From a bacterium (GTDB lineage Bacteria; Vulcanimicrobiota; Xenobia; Xenobiales; JADMJV01): a DNA stretch of 64,000 nt. The stretch lies in NCBI GenBank assembly GCA_018780265.1, contig JADMJV010000096.1:22856-86855 (forward strand), in the 5' to 3' direction. The position numbers were made by a program, and so were the translations under genes. This document shows, piece by piece, positions 20,041 to 33,380 of the stretch; position 1 is the first letter of the stretch, and each line of letters opens with the position of its first letter. Below the pieces are notes generated by a model, which ran no database searches, had not been told where the DNA came from, and saw nothing but the letters and a program-made list of their open reading frames with translations.

Positions 20041-23000
20041 ATGGATGTCAACAATTTTGATGCTCTAGAGATCCGCCTGGCCTCTCCGCGGCAGATTCGG
20101 GACTGGTCTTACGGCGAAGTAAAGAAGCCCGAGACCATCAATTACCGGACGCTGAAGCCCGAGCGAGACGGCCTGTTCTGCGAGCGAATTTTCGGCCCGA
20201 TCAAAGACTGGGAATGCCACTGCGGCAAATACAAGCGCATTCGCTTTAAGGGCGTCATCTGCGACAAGTGCGGCGTGGAAGTCACTCGTTCCAAAGTGCG
20301 TCGCGAGCGCATGGGTCACATCGAGTTGGCCTCGCCCGTTACCCATATCTGGTATTTCAAGGGCGTGCCCAGTCGCCTTGGCTTGCTCTTGGACATGTCT
20401 CCGCGGACACTGGAGAAGGTGATCTACTTCGCCTCCTATGTGGTCATCGATCCAGGTGACTCCCAGTTAAACCGACGTCAGTTGCTGACTGAACTCGAAT
20501 ATCGCGAAAGCCGCGAAAAGTATGGCAACAACTTCCGGGCCGGCATGGGTGCCGAGGCTGTCAAAGAGATGCTCTCCGAGATCGACGTTCACACCCTGCA
20601 CGAGCAACTGAAGGAAGACCTCAAGACCTTCCAGGGCCAAAAGCGCACCAAGGCCATCAAGCGCCTGGAAGTGGTGGAAGCCTTCCGCAAGTCCAAGAAC
20701 AGCCCGGAATGGATGATCCTGGACGTGATTCCCGTGATTCCCCCCGAGTTGCGCCCTATGGTTCAGCTGGACGGTGGCCGTTTCGCCACCTCCGACCTCA
20801 ACGATCTTTATCGCCGCGTCATCAACCGCAACAACCGGCTCAAGCGACTGCTCGATCTGGGTGCCCCCGAGATCATCGTCAAGAACGAGAAGCGGATGCT
20901 GCAGGAGGCGGTGGACGCCCTCATCGATAACGGCCGTCGCGGCCGACCGGTGACCGGGCCCAACAATCGCCCCCTCAAATCGCTGTCTGACATGCTCAAA
21001 GGCAAGCAGGGCCGCTTCCGCCAAAACTTGCTGGGCAAGCGCGTTGACTACTCAGGACGTTCCGTCATCGTGGTTGGTCCCAACCTGAAGCTGCACCAGT
21101 GTGGTCTCCCTAAAGAGATGGCCCTGGAGCTTTTCAAACCGTTCGTGATGAAGAAACTGGTCGACCGCGGCCTGGTTCACAACATCAAGTCGGCCAAACG
21201 AATGGTAGAGCGTGCTCTGCCTGACGTGTGGGACGTACTCGAAGAGGTGATCGAAGATCATCCGGTGCTGCTCAACCGCGCCCCAACCCTGCACCGCCTG
21301 GGCATTCAAGCCTTTGAACCGGTGCTGGTGGACGGCAAGGCCATTCAACTACATCCACTGGTGTGCACCCCCTACAACGCCGACTTTGACGGTGACCAGA
21401 TGGCCGTACACTTGCCCTTGTCGGCAGGCGCACAGGCCGAAGCTCGTGTGCTCATGTTGTCCTCCAACAACTTGCTGCTACCCGCTTACGGCACCCCGGC
21501 CACCATCCCTAACCAGGATACGGTATTGGGGATGTACTACCTGACCATCGAAAAGCACCACTCCAAGGGCGAAGGGAAGTACTTCTCTGGACCTGAGGAA
21601 GCCATTCTGGCCTGGAACGAAGGCGTGGTCGAACTGCAGGCCCCCGTTAAAATCCGCCTCGGCGGAGAACTGGTGGGGACCACCGTAGGTCGAGCCCTTT
21701 TCTGGCGCACCATCCCCAACGATGTCAAGCAACAGGAAGGCGTAGTTCAGAATCTGGAGGAGGCGGACGACGACGATTTCCCCAACAAGTGCGTTCGTCG
21801 ACTGAAGTTCGAAGACATCAACAAGACCTTCGGCAAGAAAGACCTGGTCAGACTGATCAAGTTGGTGCACGACAACCACGGCAACAACCGAACGGCTCGT
21901 ATGCTGGACAAAATCAAGGACCTGGGCTTCGAATTTGCCACCCGGTCGGCGACCACCATCGGCGTGGTCGACATCAAGATCCCGCCAGAGAAACCCGGTA
22001 TCCTGGACGTCTCTGACAAGCGTGTCCAGGCAGCCGATCAATGGCTGGAAGTGGGCTTCATCACCGAAGACGAGCGCTATCGTCAGCTCAAGACCATTTG
22101 GTCTGAAGCGACCAGCGCCGTGGAGCAGGCGATGATGCGCCATCTCGACCGACTCAACCCGGTCTTCATGATGGCCACCTCCGGTGCTCGTGGTAACCCG
22201 GCCCAGGTGAAGCAACTCGGAGGTATGCGCGGCCTGATGGCTGACCCCAGCGGCCGTATCATCCCCTTGCCGGTGCGATCCAACCTGCGCGAAGGCCTGA
22301 CGGTGCTCGAGTACTTCATCAGCACCCATGGCGCTCGTAAGGGCCTGGCGGATACGGCACTGCGCACGGCCGACTCAGGCTACCTGACTCGTCGCCTGAT
22401 CGACGTATCGCAGGACATCATCGTCCGCCTCGACGATTGCGGCACCTCGCTCTTTTCCCAGGTCGGGCCTTGTGCCCAGGACCGCGACGTCAAAGTTCCT
22501 CTATGGGAACGCATCGCGGGTCGCTACCTGGCAGCCGACATCGAGTATATCGATTCGTCCGGCAATGCACGGGTAGCCAGGCGCAACCTCATGATCGACG
22601 ACGACGAGGCCAAAGACATCGACAAGTTCATCAACAAAGACATCGATGTCTCGACCCGCGGCAAGAAGATCAGCTGGCCCAAGGTCAAGGTCCGCTCGGT
22701 GCTCACCTGCGAGGCCCCTCAAGGGGTGTGTGCGATGTGCTACGGACGCAACCTGGCCACCGGCCAACTGGTGGAAATCGGCGAAACGGTGGGCATCATC
22801 GCCGCCCAATCGATCGGTGAACCGGGCACTCAACTGACCCTAAGAACGTTCCACACTGGTGGTGTGGCGCAGGAAGACATCATCCAAGGTCTACCGCGCG
22901 TGGAAGAACTCTTTGAGGCCCGCAAGCCCAAAGGTCACGCCCAGATGGCCGAAAACGAAGGTCTGGTCAGCCTGGGTGAAGACAAAGGTATGCGTCAGAT

Positions 23001-23682
23001 CACCATCACTTCGCCCAACGGCGAATCCCGTGTGGCTGAGGTACCCTACTCTTCACGCATCCTGGTGCGCGACGGTGAGACGGTCTCGGTAGGAACGCAA
23101 ATTGTCGGCGGATTCATGAATCCGCACGACATTCTGCGCCTGCTCGGCGTAAGCGAGACCCAACGCTACATTGTGGACGAGGTACAAAATGTGTATCGCG
23201 ACCAGGGTGTGGACATCAACGACCGCCACGTGGAAGTCATCGTGCGACAGATGCTGCGCAAGGTAAAGTTGGAGTCGGCAGGCGAGACCACCATGCTCCC
23301 CGGCGTGTTGGTGGAACTGCAGAACTTCCAGGCCCAAAACCGCGCTGCCATCGAAGCCGGCAGAGAACCGGCCGATGCGAAACGTGCGCTGTTGGGCGTG
23401 ACCAAGGCCTCCCTGGCCACCGAGTCGTTCCTGTCGGCGGCCTCCTTCCAGGAGACTACCCGTGTGCTGACCGATGCTGCCATCAAGGGCAAAATCGATT
23501 CGCTGCGCGGTCTCAAGGAAAACGTGATCATCGGCAAACTGATTCCAGCCGGAACCGGAATGCACGTCTATCGCGGCATCGAGCCGGAACTGCCCCGCAG
23601 TGCCACGCCCGAAGTCTCCTCCGAACCCACTGCCGAGGATTTGTTGGCAGCCGAACTGGGTGCCGCTCTCAGCGAACGCTAG
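20041..23682 (+). CDS. rpoC: DNA-directed RNA polymerase beta' subunit (unsplit)
   Basis: [11 protein letters not shown] catalytic motif, N-terminal Zn ribbon; GGAGG SD before ATG 20041. Confidence 0.99.
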   Translation: MDVNNFDALEIRLASPRQIRDWSYGEVKKPETINYRTLKPERDGLFCERIFGPIKDWECHCGKYKRIRFKGVICDKCGVEVTRSKVRRERMGHIELASPVTHIWYFKGVPSRLGLLLDMSPRTLEKVIYFASYVVIDPGDSQLNRRQLLTELEYRESREKYGNNFRAGMGAEAVKEMLSEIDVHTLHEQLKEDLKTFQGQKRTKAIKRLEVVEAFRKSKNSPEWMILDVIPVIPPELRPMVQLDGGRFATSDLNDLYRRVINRNNRLKRLLDLGAPEIIVKNEKRMLQEAVDALIDNGRRGRPVTGPNNRPLKSLSDMLKGKQGRFRQNLLGKRVDYSGRSVIVVGPNLKLHQCGLPKEMALELFKPFVMKKLVDRGLVHNIKSAKRMVERALPDVWDVLEEVIEDHPVLLNRAPTLHRLGIQAFEPVLVDGKAIQLHPLVCTPYNADFDGDQMAVHLPLSAGAQAEARVLMLSSNNLLLPAYGTPATIPNQDTVLGMYYLTIEKHHSKGEGKYFSGPEEAILAWNEGVVELQAPVKIRLGGELVGTTVGRALFWRTIPNDVKQQEGVVQNLEEADDDDFPNKCVRRLKFEDINKTFGKKDLVRLIKLVHDNHGNNRTARMLDKIKDLGFEFATRSATTIGVVDIKIPPEKPGILDVSDKRVQAADQWLEVGFITEDERYRQLKTIWSEATSAVEQAMMRHLDRLNPVFMMATSGARGNPAQVKQLGGMRGLMADPSGRIIPLPVRSNLREGLTVLEYFISTHGARKGLADTALRTADSGYLTRRLIDVSQDIIVRLDDCGTSLFSQVGPCAQDRDVKVPLWERIAGRYLAADIEYIDSSGNARVARRNLMIDDDEAKDIDKFINKDIDVSTRGKKISWPKVKVRSVLTCEAPQGVCAMCYGRNLATGQLVEIGETVGIIAAQSIGEPGTQLTLRTFHTGGVAQEDIIQGLPRVEELFEARKPKGHAQMAENEGLVSLGEDKGMRQITITSPNGESRVAEVPYSSRILVRDGETVSVGTQIVGGFMNPHDILRLLGVSETQRYIVDEVQNVYRDQGVDINDRHVEVIVRQMLRKVKLESAGETTMLPGVLVELQNFQAQNRAAIEAGREPADAKRALLGVTKASLATESFLSAASFQETTRVLTDAAIKGKIDSLRGLKENVIIGKLIPAGTGMHVYRGIEPELPRSATPEVSSEPTAEDLLAAELGAALSER

Positions 23683-23698
23683 AACGCCAGCCACCAAT

Positions 23699-23735
23699 AA
23701 AAGAGACCTCGTCCCCCGGGACGAGGTCTCTTTTT
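23699..23735 (+). terminator. Rho-independent terminator of rpoBC
   Basis: AAAAGAGACCTCGTCCC-CC-GGGACGAGGTCTCTTTTT. Confidence 0.88.
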
Positions 23736-23756
23736 GTCTATGCGGAATGCCTCGGG

Positions 23757-25115
23757 GTGGAATCCTATCTCATTGACCTGAGCTCCCTGCTGCTGCTCGG
23801 CGTCCTGCTGGGCTGCCACTACCTGGCTTTCCGCACACCTGCCCGCGGCATCCTGGGACGCAGTGTGCAACGAGCCGGCAAGCTTCGCATGCTGGGTGCC
23901 TCGGTGCTGGGCCCCCTATCGCTCTTCCTCTGGCTGGAGGGGCACAGCCCGCTGTTGACCCTGGTGGTCAACCAGGTTCTCCTTTACTGGCTCGGCTCGA
24001 CAGTGATTGAAGTCGCCTGGCTACTGCGCCGTGCTCACAGCGAGCACTTGCCCGTGAAATGGAACTGGCGCCCCCCCTTGCGTTTGCTCTGGATGGGTTC
24101 CCTCATGCTGCACGCCGGCTGGGACGAACCGCAGTATCGCGATCTGGCCTACTCTTTGGCGGCCACCCTTCTGGTTGCCCTGGTGCTGCTCCGATTGCAT
24201 CGAGCCGTATTTGGACGCCAGCACCAAAAAGGATCTTGGACCGACAAACTGCAGCGCCGACTGAGCGGCCACGGCTACCTGATCATAACAATAACCAGCG
24301 GATACTACCTGCTGCGCGCCTGGACCGTGGTGCCCATCACCAGTGCCCACCTGCACGGAGTAGAGAAGCTGATGTGGCTTTTGCTGGGACTGGCCGCTGT
24401 CGAGATGGCTGCCTCCAGCCTGGAACATGTCTTGCTCTCGCGCCGCCGGTCCGAAGAGATGGCCCACCTGGCCGCTGACGGATTGAGAGCCACCCTCTAT
24501 TGCACCCTGGCCCTGGTGCTCTCCTCGCAGATCACGGATAAAGACGTAACCTCATTGGCCGTCAGTTCGGCCTTTTTCTCGGTGGGTCTGGGCTTCGCCC
24601 TCAAGCCCACTTTGGGAAACTTTGTATCGGGCCTGATCCAGCGCCTTTCCCAAGACTACTTTATCGGTGATTTCGTGCACATCGGACCCATCTTCGGGTT
24701 GGTGACGCACATCGACTGGCGCACCGTCAGCCTGGGAACCCTGACCAAAGACACCATCACCATTCCGCATAGCCAGGTCGCCCATAGCCTGTTGATCAAC
24801 TACACCCGGCCCAACCCCAAGCACGCTTCCTACCTCGAGCTAAAACTATCTCGTCACATTCCGCCCGGGATGGTTCGTCGCCAACTCCTGGAAATTCTCG
24901 AAACCATCCCGGAGGTCTGCAAGCAACCGGAGCCAGAGGTCTACCTGATGGATCTGGACGGCTACGCCAACACCTATCGGATTCGCTGGTGGATACATCA
25001 CATCAATGATCGCTTTCGGCATGAATCGATCGTCCACACCCGACTGATGTATGGCCTGGAGCGCCGCTCCCTGCGCCCGGTCCAGCCCGTGCGCTTGCTC
25101 CAACTAGAAGACTAA
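23757..25115 (+). CDS. MscS-family mechanosensitive channel
   Basis: GLGFALKPTLGNFVSG, IGDFV, HIDWR, TIPHS motifs after several TM helices. Confidence 0.88.
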   Translation: MESYLIDLSSLLLLGVLLGCHYLAFRTPARGILGRSVQRAGKLRMLGASVLGPLSLFLWLEGHSPLLTLVVNQVLLYWLGSTVIEVAWLLRRAHSEHLPVKWNWRPPLRLLWMGSLMLHAGWDEPQYRDLAYSLAATLLVALVLLRLHRAVFGRQHQKGSWTDKLQRRLSGHGYLIITITSGYYLLRAWTVVPITSAHLHGVEKLMWLLLGLAAVEMAASSLEHVLLSRRRSEEMAHLAADGLRATLYCTLALVLSSQITDKDVTSLAVSSAFFSVGLGFALKPTLGNFVSGLIQRLSQDYFIGDFVHIGPIFGLVTHIDWRTVSLGTLTKDTITIPHSQVAHSLLINYTRPNPKHASYLELKLSRHIPPGMVRRQLLEILETIPEVCKQPEPEVYLMDLDGYANTYRIRWWIHHINDRFRHESIVHTRLMYGLERRSLRPVQPVRLLQLED

Positions 25116-26203
25116 TCGCCCAGACACACTCCCAGAGCCCTGCAGGTGAGCACTGTGTCGCAGTCAAGTGGCACCTTCTTCATACGACCGGCAATCTGCG
25201 ACAGGGGCACGTAGCGGACCTCAGGGGGAGCCAGCGCCACCATCACCCCGTGCCGCCCTTCGGCCAGAGCTCGCACAGCGGCCGCCCCAAATCGCAGGGA
25301 CAGGTTTCGGTCCTGAGCGCTGGGAGCCCCGCCCCGCAAAAGGTGGCCTAACACCACATGGCGCGTATCAAAATCGGTAATCGCCCGGATAGAGTGACAC
25401 AACTTTTCAGCGGCGCCGCCCAGCTTTTCATTGCCGTCCACCGGGCGCTCTTTGACCGATACCTGACCGTCGGCCGGAAAGGCCCCCTCGGCCACCACGA
25501 CCAGGCTGAAGCGGGCCCCAATTTTGTGGCGATCTTGCAGTTTAGCAACGACCTTGTCCAGAGCATAGGGTATCTCGGGCAATAAAATCACATCGGCAGT
25601 CCCGGCCAGGCCCGACTCCAACGCGATCCAACCCGCATAGCGGCCCATGACTTCCACCACCATCACTCGCTGATGACTGGCTGCCGTACTGTGCAGGCGA
25701 TCGATACAGTCACAGGCAAACTGAACCGCTGTATCAAAGCCAAAAGTAGCCACCGTGCCATCCAAATCGTTGTCGATAGTCTTGGGCACACCCACCACCT
25801 TGAGGCCGTGATCCGACAAACGAGAGGCGATCTTCATGGACCCGTCGCCCCCCACCGAAATCAGCGCGTCAAAACCCAGCTTAGCAAAGGTAGCCGCCAC
25901 ATCGGCGGTGATGTCTGCATAGGTCACGCTGCCATCGGGATGAATGGTGGGAAAGTGGGTGGGATCATCTCGATTGGAGGTGCCTAAAAAGGTCCCGCCC
26001 AGATGCGTGATGCCACGCACCGAAGAGCGGTCCAGGCGAATGATCCCCTGATTGGGGTATTCCTCGGGGCGCAGCAGCCCTCGCATTCCGTCACGAATGC
26101 CAAAAACGTCCCAACCCAACTCCAGGCAACTGAGCACGGCCGCTCGAATGACGGCGTTCAAGCCGGGAGCGTCGCCCCCCCCGGTACAGATAGCAATTTT
26201 CAT
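25112..26203 (-). CDS. pfkA: 6-phosphofructokinase
   Basis: TGGGDAPGLN, GGTFLGTS, GGDGS, PKTIDND, EVMGR motifs. Confidence 0.93.
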   Translation of the reverse strand: MKIAICTGGGDAPGLNAVIRAAVLSCLELGWDVFGIRDGMRGLLRPEEYPNQGIIRLDRSSVRGITHLGGTFLGTSNRDDPTHFPTIHPDGSVTYADITADVAATFAKLGFDALISVGGDGSMKIASRLSDHGLKVVGVPKTIDNDLDGTVATFGFDTAVQFACDCIDRLHSTAASHQRVMVVEVMGRYAGWIALESGLAGTADVILLPEIPYALDKVVAKLQDRHKIGARFSLVVVAEGAFPADGQVSVKERPVDGNEKLGGAAEKLCHSIRAITDFDTRHVVLGHLLRGGAPSAQDRNLSLRFGAAAVRALAEGRHGVMVALAPPEVRYVPLSQIAGRMKKVPLDCDTVLTCRALGVCLGD

Positions 26204-26271
26204 GGCCGCCTCTTTTCCATGCCAGGGCTCCTCGCCTGCCTCTGTGGCGCGAGAACCGCACCACCATGGGG

Positions 26272-26300
26272 TTGACAGGGGTAGAACCCTTTGCTAGTAT
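26272..26300 (+). promoter_or_regulatory. Sigma70-type promoter of str operon
   Basis: TTGACA-17 nt-TAGTAT. Confidence 0.75.
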
Positions 26301-26461
26301 ACGCGAGCATTTTGCGGCTGACCTTGCATAACGCGAGAGCCGCTGCAGTCCTACAGAATTAGGAAAGGGGTTTCTTACAACAGTACCCCAACGACAGGCT
26401 CGCCTGTGGTTCGCTCCTGGTTCTGCAGAACCTCGATAGCCGAACCAAGGGGAGTTTTTTT

Positions 26462-26911
26462 ATGCCCACTATTAATCAGCTCGTCCGCCGCGGTCGCACC
26501 ACGATTCGCCGCAAGAGCAAGGCCCCGGCGCTGGGTTTCCGTTACAATTCGCTCAAGTTGAAGAGTATCAAGTCGCCAAAGGGCGCCCCCCAGAAGCGCG
26601 GGGTCTGCACCCAAGTGAAGACCGTTACCCCGAAGAAGCCGAACTCGGCACTGCGGAAAGTCGCCCGTGTGCGCCTGACCAACCAGGTTGAGGTTACCGC
26701 CTACATCGGTGGCGTGGGTCACAACCTCCAAGAGCACTCCGTTGTATTGATCCGCGGCGGTCGTGTCAAAGACCTTCCCGGCGTGCGCTACCACATCGTG
26801 CGCGGCACACTGGACACCGCGGGTGTCAACAATCGTCGCCAGGGCCGTTCCAAATACGGATCCAAGCGTCCCAAGCCCGGCCAACCGGCAACCACCGGCA
26901 AGAAAAAGTAA
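26462..26911 (+). CDS. rpsL: 30S ribosomal protein S12
   Basis: [25 protein letters not shown]. Confidence 0.99.
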   Translation: MPTINQLVRRGRTTIRRKSKAPALGFRYNSLKLKSIKSPKGAPQKRGVCTQVKTVTPKKPNSALRKVARVRLTNQVEVTAYIGGVGHNLQEHSVVLIRGGRVKDLPGVRYHIVRGTLDTAGVNNRRQGRSKYGSKRPKPGQPATTGKKK

Positions 26912-26924
26912 TTAGGAGTCGCCT

Positions 26925-27395
26925 ATGCCTCGCAAAGGTCCCGTTCCCCGTCGTGAAATCATCGGGGACCCGAAATACAACAGCAAGAACCTCAGCAAAT
27001 TCATGAACATGATCATGTATTCTGGCAAAAAAGGTCTGGCCGAGCAGATCATTTATGGTAGCCTGGATGTTGTGTCCAAGCGCACTAACAAAGATCCGCT
27101 GGTAATTTTCCAGCAGGCGCTCGACAATACCATGCCGCTGATCGAGGTTCGTCCGCGGCGCGTGGGCGGCGCCACCTACCAGGTGCCCGTCGAAGTTCGT
27201 CAGGAGCGACGTCTCAGCTTGTCTATGCGCTGGCTGATCGGAGCGGCCCGTAACCGTTCCGGTCGCGCCATGATGGACAAGCTGGCCGCCGAGCTGGCCG
27301 ATGCCGCTCAGGGCGTGGGTTCGGCCGTCAAGAAGAAGGAAGACACCCACCGTATGGCCGAGGCCAACAAGGCATTCGCCCACTACCGCTGGTAG
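26925..27395 (+). CDS. rpsG: 30S ribosomal protein S7
   Basis: [24 protein letters not shown]. Confidence 0.99.
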   Translation: MPRKGPVPRREIIGDPKYNSKNLSKFMNMIMYSGKKGLAEQIIYGSLDVVSKRTNKDPLVIFQQALDNTMPLIEVRPRRVGGATYQVPVEVRQERRLSLSMRWLIGAARNRSGRAMMDKLAAELADAAQGVGSAVKKKEDTHRMAEANKAFAHYRW

Positions 27396-27415
27396 TCTCA
27401 CCAAGCCGAGATTCA

Positions 27416-27444
27416 AAAGGGGGGCGGCTACCCGCCCCCCTTTT
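27416..27444 (+). terminator. Strong hairpin between rpsG and fusA (terminator/attenuator or stability element)
   Basis: AAAGGGGGGCGG-CTAC-CCGCCCCCCTTTT. Confidence 0.6.
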
Positions 27445-27482
27445 GGACATAAATCTGTCCTGCCGGACAGGAAAGGATCTGT

Positions 27483-29573
27483 ATGTCCCAGGCACTCACC
27501 GACCTGTCTAAGGTTCGGAACATTGGAATTGCTGCTCACATCGATGCCGGCAAGACCACCACCACAGAGCGGATTCTCTACTATACCGGTAGGATCCACA
27601 AGCTGGGTGAGGTTCACGCCGGTGCTGCCACAATGGACTTCATGATCCAGGAAAAAGAGCGCGGTATCACCATTCAGTCTGCGGTTACCGCAGCTCAATG
27701 GGGCGAGTTCTACATCAACATCATCGACACGCCGGGGCACGTCGACTTCACCATGGAAGTTGAGCGCTCGCTGCGAGTCCTCGACGGCGTGGTGGCGGTC
27801 TTTTGCGCAGTAGCCGGTGTTCAGCCTCAATCCGAAACGGTATGGCGCCAGGCCAATCGCTACTCGGTTCCGCGCATCGCCTACATCAACAAGATGGACC
27901 GCACCGGGGCCGACTTCTTCAACGTGGTCGAACGATTGCGCGACCGACTCGGCTCCAACGCCGTGCCCGTGCAGATTCCCGTGGGCGAAGAGCAAGAGCA
28001 CGTGGGCGTCATCGACTTGGTCCGCCAGAAGGCCATTTTGTACAAAGACGACAGCGGCGTAAACTTTGAAGTCGCGGAAATCCCCGAGAACCTCAAAAAA
28101 CTGGCCTCGGAGTGGCGCGACAAGATGGTCGAGGCAGCCGCCGAGGCCAGCGAAGAACTGACCATGAAATTCCTCGAGGGGCAGACACTCAGCGAGGCGG
28201 AGATCGTGGCCGGACTGCGTCAACGCACCATTTCCAACGAAATCGTCCCGGTGGTCTGCGGCAGTTCGTTCAAGAACAAGGGTGTGCAGCCCATGCTCGA
28301 CGCCGCCTGCGCCTACCTGCCCAGTCCGCTCGACAAGCCGCCCATTCGGGGCACCAACCCCCACACGGGTCAGCCCATCACGCGTCAGCACAGCGCGGAC
28401 GAACCTCTAGCAGCCCTGGTCTTCAAGATCAGCGGCGACAATTTTATTGGCAAACTCGCCTTTGTGCGCGTCTATAGCGGCGTCCTTAAGGCCAACCAGG
28501 CCGTGGAGAACCCCAGGACCCGCAAACGCGAGCGCGCAGGTAGACTGGTCAAAATGCACGCCGACCATCGCGAGGACGTCAGCGAACTGCGCGCTGGCGA
28601 CCTGGGTGCCGTGGTGGGCATCAAGAATTCCACCACCGGCGACACACTCACCAGCGAATCCGACGGGATTCTTCTGGAGACGCTGTTTGTGCCCGAGCCG
28701 GTAATCTCGGTGGCGCTCGAGCCCAAGACCAAGGCCGACCAGGACAAACTGGGCATGGCTTTGAGCAAACTATCCGAGGAAGACCCAACCTTCCGCACCT
28801 CGACCCACGAGGAAACAGGCCAGACGATGATCGCCGGCATGGGTGAACTTCACCTCGAGATCATCGTCGACCGCTTGCTCCGTGAGTCGGGCGTGGACGC
28901 CAGTGTGGGCCGGCCTCAAGTGGCTTATAAAGAAGCCATTCGCAACAACGTGCGGGCCGAAGGAAAGTTTATTCGTCAATCCGGCGGACGCGGCCAATAT
29001 GGCCACGTGTGGTTGGATGTGGGTCCCAACGAGGCCGGCAAGGGTTTCTCGTTTGAAAGCAAAATTGTGGGCGGCGCGATTCCCAAAGAGTACATTGCAC
29101 CCGTGAAAATCGGTGTGGAAGAGGCCTGCTCGGCCGGCGTACTCGGTGGTTATCCCGTAGTCGACGTAAAAGTTGCCCTGGTGGACGGCTCCGTCCACCC
29201 GGTTGACTCCAACGAAATGGCCTTCAAGATCGCCGGTTCTATGGCGCTCAAGGAGGCTCTCCGACGCAACGACTCCTACCTGAAGGAGCCGATGATGAAG
29301 GTCGAAGTAGTTGTCCCTGATGACTACCTGGGCGACGTCATCGGCGATCTCAACAGTCGTCGTGGCAAAATAGAGGGAATGGATCCGGGACCGGGAGGGA
29401 CGCAGGTAATCAACGCCGTCGTTCCGCTGGCCGAAATGTTTGGCTACTCGACCTCTCTCCGCTCCCGAACTCAGGGCCGTGGCAGCTACTCCATGGAGTT
29501 TGCTCGCTACGAAGAGGTCCCCAAAGCGATCCAGGAAACCATCGTTTCTCGCCTCGCCGGCAAGGCTGGGTAA
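27483..29573 (+). CDS. fusA: Elongation factor G
   Basis: [27 protein letters not shown]. Confidence 0.99.
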   Translation: MSQALTDLSKVRNIGIAAHIDAGKTTTTERILYYTGRIHKLGEVHAGAATMDFMIQEKERGITIQSAVTAAQWGEFYINIIDTPGHVDFTMEVERSLRVLDGVVAVFCAVAGVQPQSETVWRQANRYSVPRIAYINKMDRTGADFFNVVERLRDRLGSNAVPVQIPVGEEQEHVGVIDLVRQKAILYKDDSGVNFEVAEIPENLKKLASEWRDKMVEAAAEASEELTMKFLEGQTLSEAEIVAGLRQRTISNEIVPVVCGSSFKNKGVQPMLDAACAYLPSPLDKPPIRGTNPHTGQPITRQHSADEPLAALVFKISGDNFIGKLAFVRVYSGVLKANQAVENPRTRKRERAGRLVKMHADHREDVSELRAGDLGAVVGIKNSTTGDTLTSESDGILLETLFVPEPVISVALEPKTKADQDKLGMALSKLSEEDPTFRTSTHEETGQTMIAGMGELHLEIIVDRLLRESGVDASVGRPQVAYKEAIRNNVRAEGKFIRQSGGRGQYGHVWLDVGPNEAGKGFSFESKIVGGAIPKEYIAPVKIGVEEACSAGVLGGYPVVDVKVALVDGSVHPVDSNEMAFKIAGSMALKEALRRNDSYLKEPMMKVEVVVPDDYLGDVIGDLNSRRGKIEGMDPGPGGTQVINAVVPLAEMFGYSTSLRSRTQGRGSYSMEFARYEEVPKAIQETIVSRLAGKAG

Positions 29574-29648
29574 CGAGAACGGCTTTAAACCAGCTGGCTT
29601 CGTACCCAGCGACACTCAAACGAACAATACTGTGGAGGCCATCAACAC

Positions 29649-30851
<1,203 letters not shown>

Positions 30852-30963
30852 AACCCATCCCTGATCAGGGGGCGCCACAATCTGGCGCCCCCTGATGCTT
30901 GACTCCAGCGAAGGGCTGGAGGTTCTCTAGGAGCAACAGCTCCCCCAATTCCCTGGAGGAAAC

Positions 30964-31275
30964 ATGGCTAAACAACGTATTCGTATCAAGCTGAAGGCTT
31001 ATGATCACGTGATTCTCGACGAGTCGTCCGAGAAAATCGTGCAGATTGCCCGCCAAACGGGCGCCAATATCTCGGGTCCAGTGCCCCTACCTACCGAAAA
31101 GAATCGCTACTGCGTGTTGCGCTCTCCCCACGTAGACAAGAAGTCCCGTGAGCACTTTGAGGTGCGCACCCACAAGCGCCTCATCGATATCTACTTCGAT
31201 CCCCAGCAAAAGACCATCGAGCAATTGATGAAGGTAGACCTCCCTGCTGGCGTTGACATCGAAATCAAGGGCTAA
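30964..31275 (+). CDS. rpsJ: 30S ribosomal protein S10
   Basis: [27 protein letters not shown]. Confidence 0.99.
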   Translation: MAKQRIRIKLKAYDHVILDESSEKIVQIARQTGANISGPVPLPTEKNRYCVLRSPHVDKKSREHFEVRTHKRLIDIYFDPQQKTIEQLMKVDLPAGVDIEIKG

Positions 31276-31298
31276 ACCACAGCGATTCCGAGTCAATG

Positions 31299-31331
31299 CG
31301 GAAGCCTCTCAAGGGGCTTCCGTTTGCTTTT
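31299..31331 (+). terminator. Terminator after rpsJ
   Basis: CGGAAGCCTC-TCAA-GGGGCTTCCG followed by TTTGCTTTT. Confidence 0.7.
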
Positions 31332-31594
31332 CAAGAACCCGGAGAGAATGTGTTGGCCAGGCGTGCCGCCAACTCAATCGTGCTCGACACTCAACCTGGA
31401 ACCGACTTATGCTGTGGCTTGGCAGGCAGACTTTATGCCTTAATTCGAGTATTTCGCGAGACGTCCGATGACCGGCTTAGAACGCTGGCCTTCGAAATGG
31501 CTCTAGACGGGTTGCGGTGGGCTAGTCTAGTGCTCGCTTGCAGTGACCTTCTCCAAGAGGATCGTCGTGAAATGCCGTTCGTAGGAGGTCAACC

Positions 31595-32899
31595 TTGAAG
31601 TTCACTCTGAAAGTCGCAACCGCTATACTTTTCCTGTCGATGCTCTGGCGAGTGGGTCTGGCAGATGAAGGGGTAGTGGACCTCTCCGGTCAGTGTTGGG
31701 AGTTGCGTCGCCTGAATTCCGAGGGGCACTACCGGGAGGCTGAAGCACAAGCCCGAGTCATTCTGACCGCTCCTGTCCACCGCCTACAATTCTACCGATT
31801 GAATGTGCTTTTGCATCTTTACGCAGCCTTAGGTAGGCAGGGCAAAGGCGGAAGCGCCCAAGCAGCCTACTGCGATTTCGTGGAAGAGGCAAAGCTGCGG
31901 GGCAAGAATCAGCCGGAAGTCGTCTCACAAATGATCGAGTTGCGACGTCTGGACGACAAGGAGGCCTCAGAACTGTCCCCATTTGCTCTAAAGTCGACAG
32001 AGACATTAGAGTGTGGTGAGCAACCGACCAGCGACCACGTCAAACTGGACCGGATTATTGATTATTGTAGGGACACCGGCGCTGACAGCGTGATAATCAT
32101 TCAAAACGGCCGACCAGTTGCGAGTTGGAAGTCAAAATACTATAAAGTGCCTGTGGCGACCATGTCTAGCGTGAAGAGCATCACCGCTTTGTTGGTCGGC
32201 ATTGCAATTGAAAGGGGTTTACTCAAAGAAGAGGCTCGAGTCGGCGATTTCTTTCCCGACTGGAACTCCGGCTTACGATCTAGTGTAACCGTGAAGTCCT
32301 TGTTGACCATGTCGGCCGGGCTAGACAAGATGAAGTTGGGTCTAGCCATGGCGTCAGCGTCTTCTGGAATCAATGATTTTGTTCTCCACCTGACTCCGTC
32401 GTGGGAAGCAAATTCCAGGTGGTGCTACAGCAACGAGGGAGTTCAGTTGCTTTGCCCAATTCTTGAGGCAGCTACCGGTGAGTCGATAGCCAAGTTTGCC
32501 GAGAAAAACTTGTTCGGACCCATGGGACTCGAGCACACCCGACTGGCGGCGCAGGGCACGGACGGAAAACTCTATGCTGATGCGCAAACGACTATCGAAG
32601 AATTCTCGAGCTTCGGACAGTTGATTCTAGATGGCGGGCGGGTGAACGGCCATCAGTTGATCTCGCAAGCTTGGATAGAAAAGATGCTAACCCCGTGTCC
32701 TCTTAACCCGCAATACGGATATCTTTGGTGGCTTCTGCCCGAGGGAGAAGGATATGCTATGCAAGGGTATCTCAATACTTCATGCTGGGTCTTGCCCGAG
32801 CGCAACCTGGTGATCGCACGAACTCAGAAAGCTCCCTATATTCACGTGAGGCGAGAATTTCAGTTCCACGAGTTGCGCGATCTGCTAACGGAAATCTGA
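31595..32899 (+). CDS. Secreted serine hydrolase, beta-lactamase/AmpC-NylB superfamily
   Basis: SxxK (SSVK), YSN, LLTMSAG, YGYLWW motifs; signal peptide; AGGAGG SD. Confidence 0.88.
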   Translation: MKFTLKVATAILFLSMLWRVGLADEGVVDLSGQCWELRRLNSEGHYREAEAQARVILTAPVHRLQFYRLNVLLHLYAALGRQGKGGSAQAAYCDFVEEAKLRGKNQPEVVSQMIELRRLDDKEASELSPFALKSTETLECGEQPTSDHVKLDRIIDYCRDTGADSVIIIQNGRPVASWKSKYYKVPVATMSSVKSITALLVGIAIERGLLKEEARVGDFFPDWNSGLRSSVTVKSLLTMSAGLDKMKLGLAMASASSGINDFVLHLTPSWEANSRWCYSNEGVQLLCPILEAATGESIAKFAEKNLFGPMGLEHTRLAAQGTDGKLYADAQTTIEEFSSFGQLILDGGRVNGHQLISQAWIEKMLTPCPLNPQYGYLWWLLPEGEGYAMQGYLNTSCWVLPERNLVIARTQKAPYIHVRREFQFHELRDLLTEI

Positions 32900-32951
32900 T
32901 CGTGGTCCGGCTCAGCCAAGATCTATTGCAGATGGGACACAGTTTTCCGGA

Positions 32952-33380
32952 CGCCCGCCCATCCTCGACGAACTCGGCCTGGAGGCCGCCATTGACTGGC
33001 TGCTCCAAGAAAACTGCGGCCTCAATGGCATTCCCTGGACCTTTACGCCTGCCGATCAGCCTCTGTGCCTCGACTCCCAAACCCGAGTGACCCTCTTTCG
33101 GCTTTGCCAGGAAGCGGTGGGACTACTCCTTCAAGATGCCGAGTCGTTGCAAGTCAACCTGAGCCGAACCTCCACCGAAATGGGCTTAAGTGTCTCGGCC
33201 CACCGCCAGACCACCGTCGCCAAGAACGGTCAGTTGCTGGCCATCCAGGACCTGACCAAACTGTTAGGAGGAACGTTGCAAGTGGTAACCGACCCGCCCT
33301 CAGCGACCCTCGTGCGGGCGACCTTGCCCATCACCCGACCCAGCCAGGACGACCGCCGCGTCCCCCCTCATTGGGCCTGA
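32952..33380 (+). pseudogene. 5'-truncated remnant of a NarX/UhpB-type sensor kinase ATPase region
   Basis: One frame reads RPPILDELGLEAAIDWL...TLFRLCQEAV; no ATG/GTG/TTG between upstream stop (32886) and this motif; N/G boxes degenerate. Confidence 0.6.

Noticed and set aside
16002-23682. Inteins or introns explaining the RpoB/RpoC insertions
   Set aside because: No C/S...HN-C/S/T splice motifs or homing-endonuclease signatures; reading frames are continuous.
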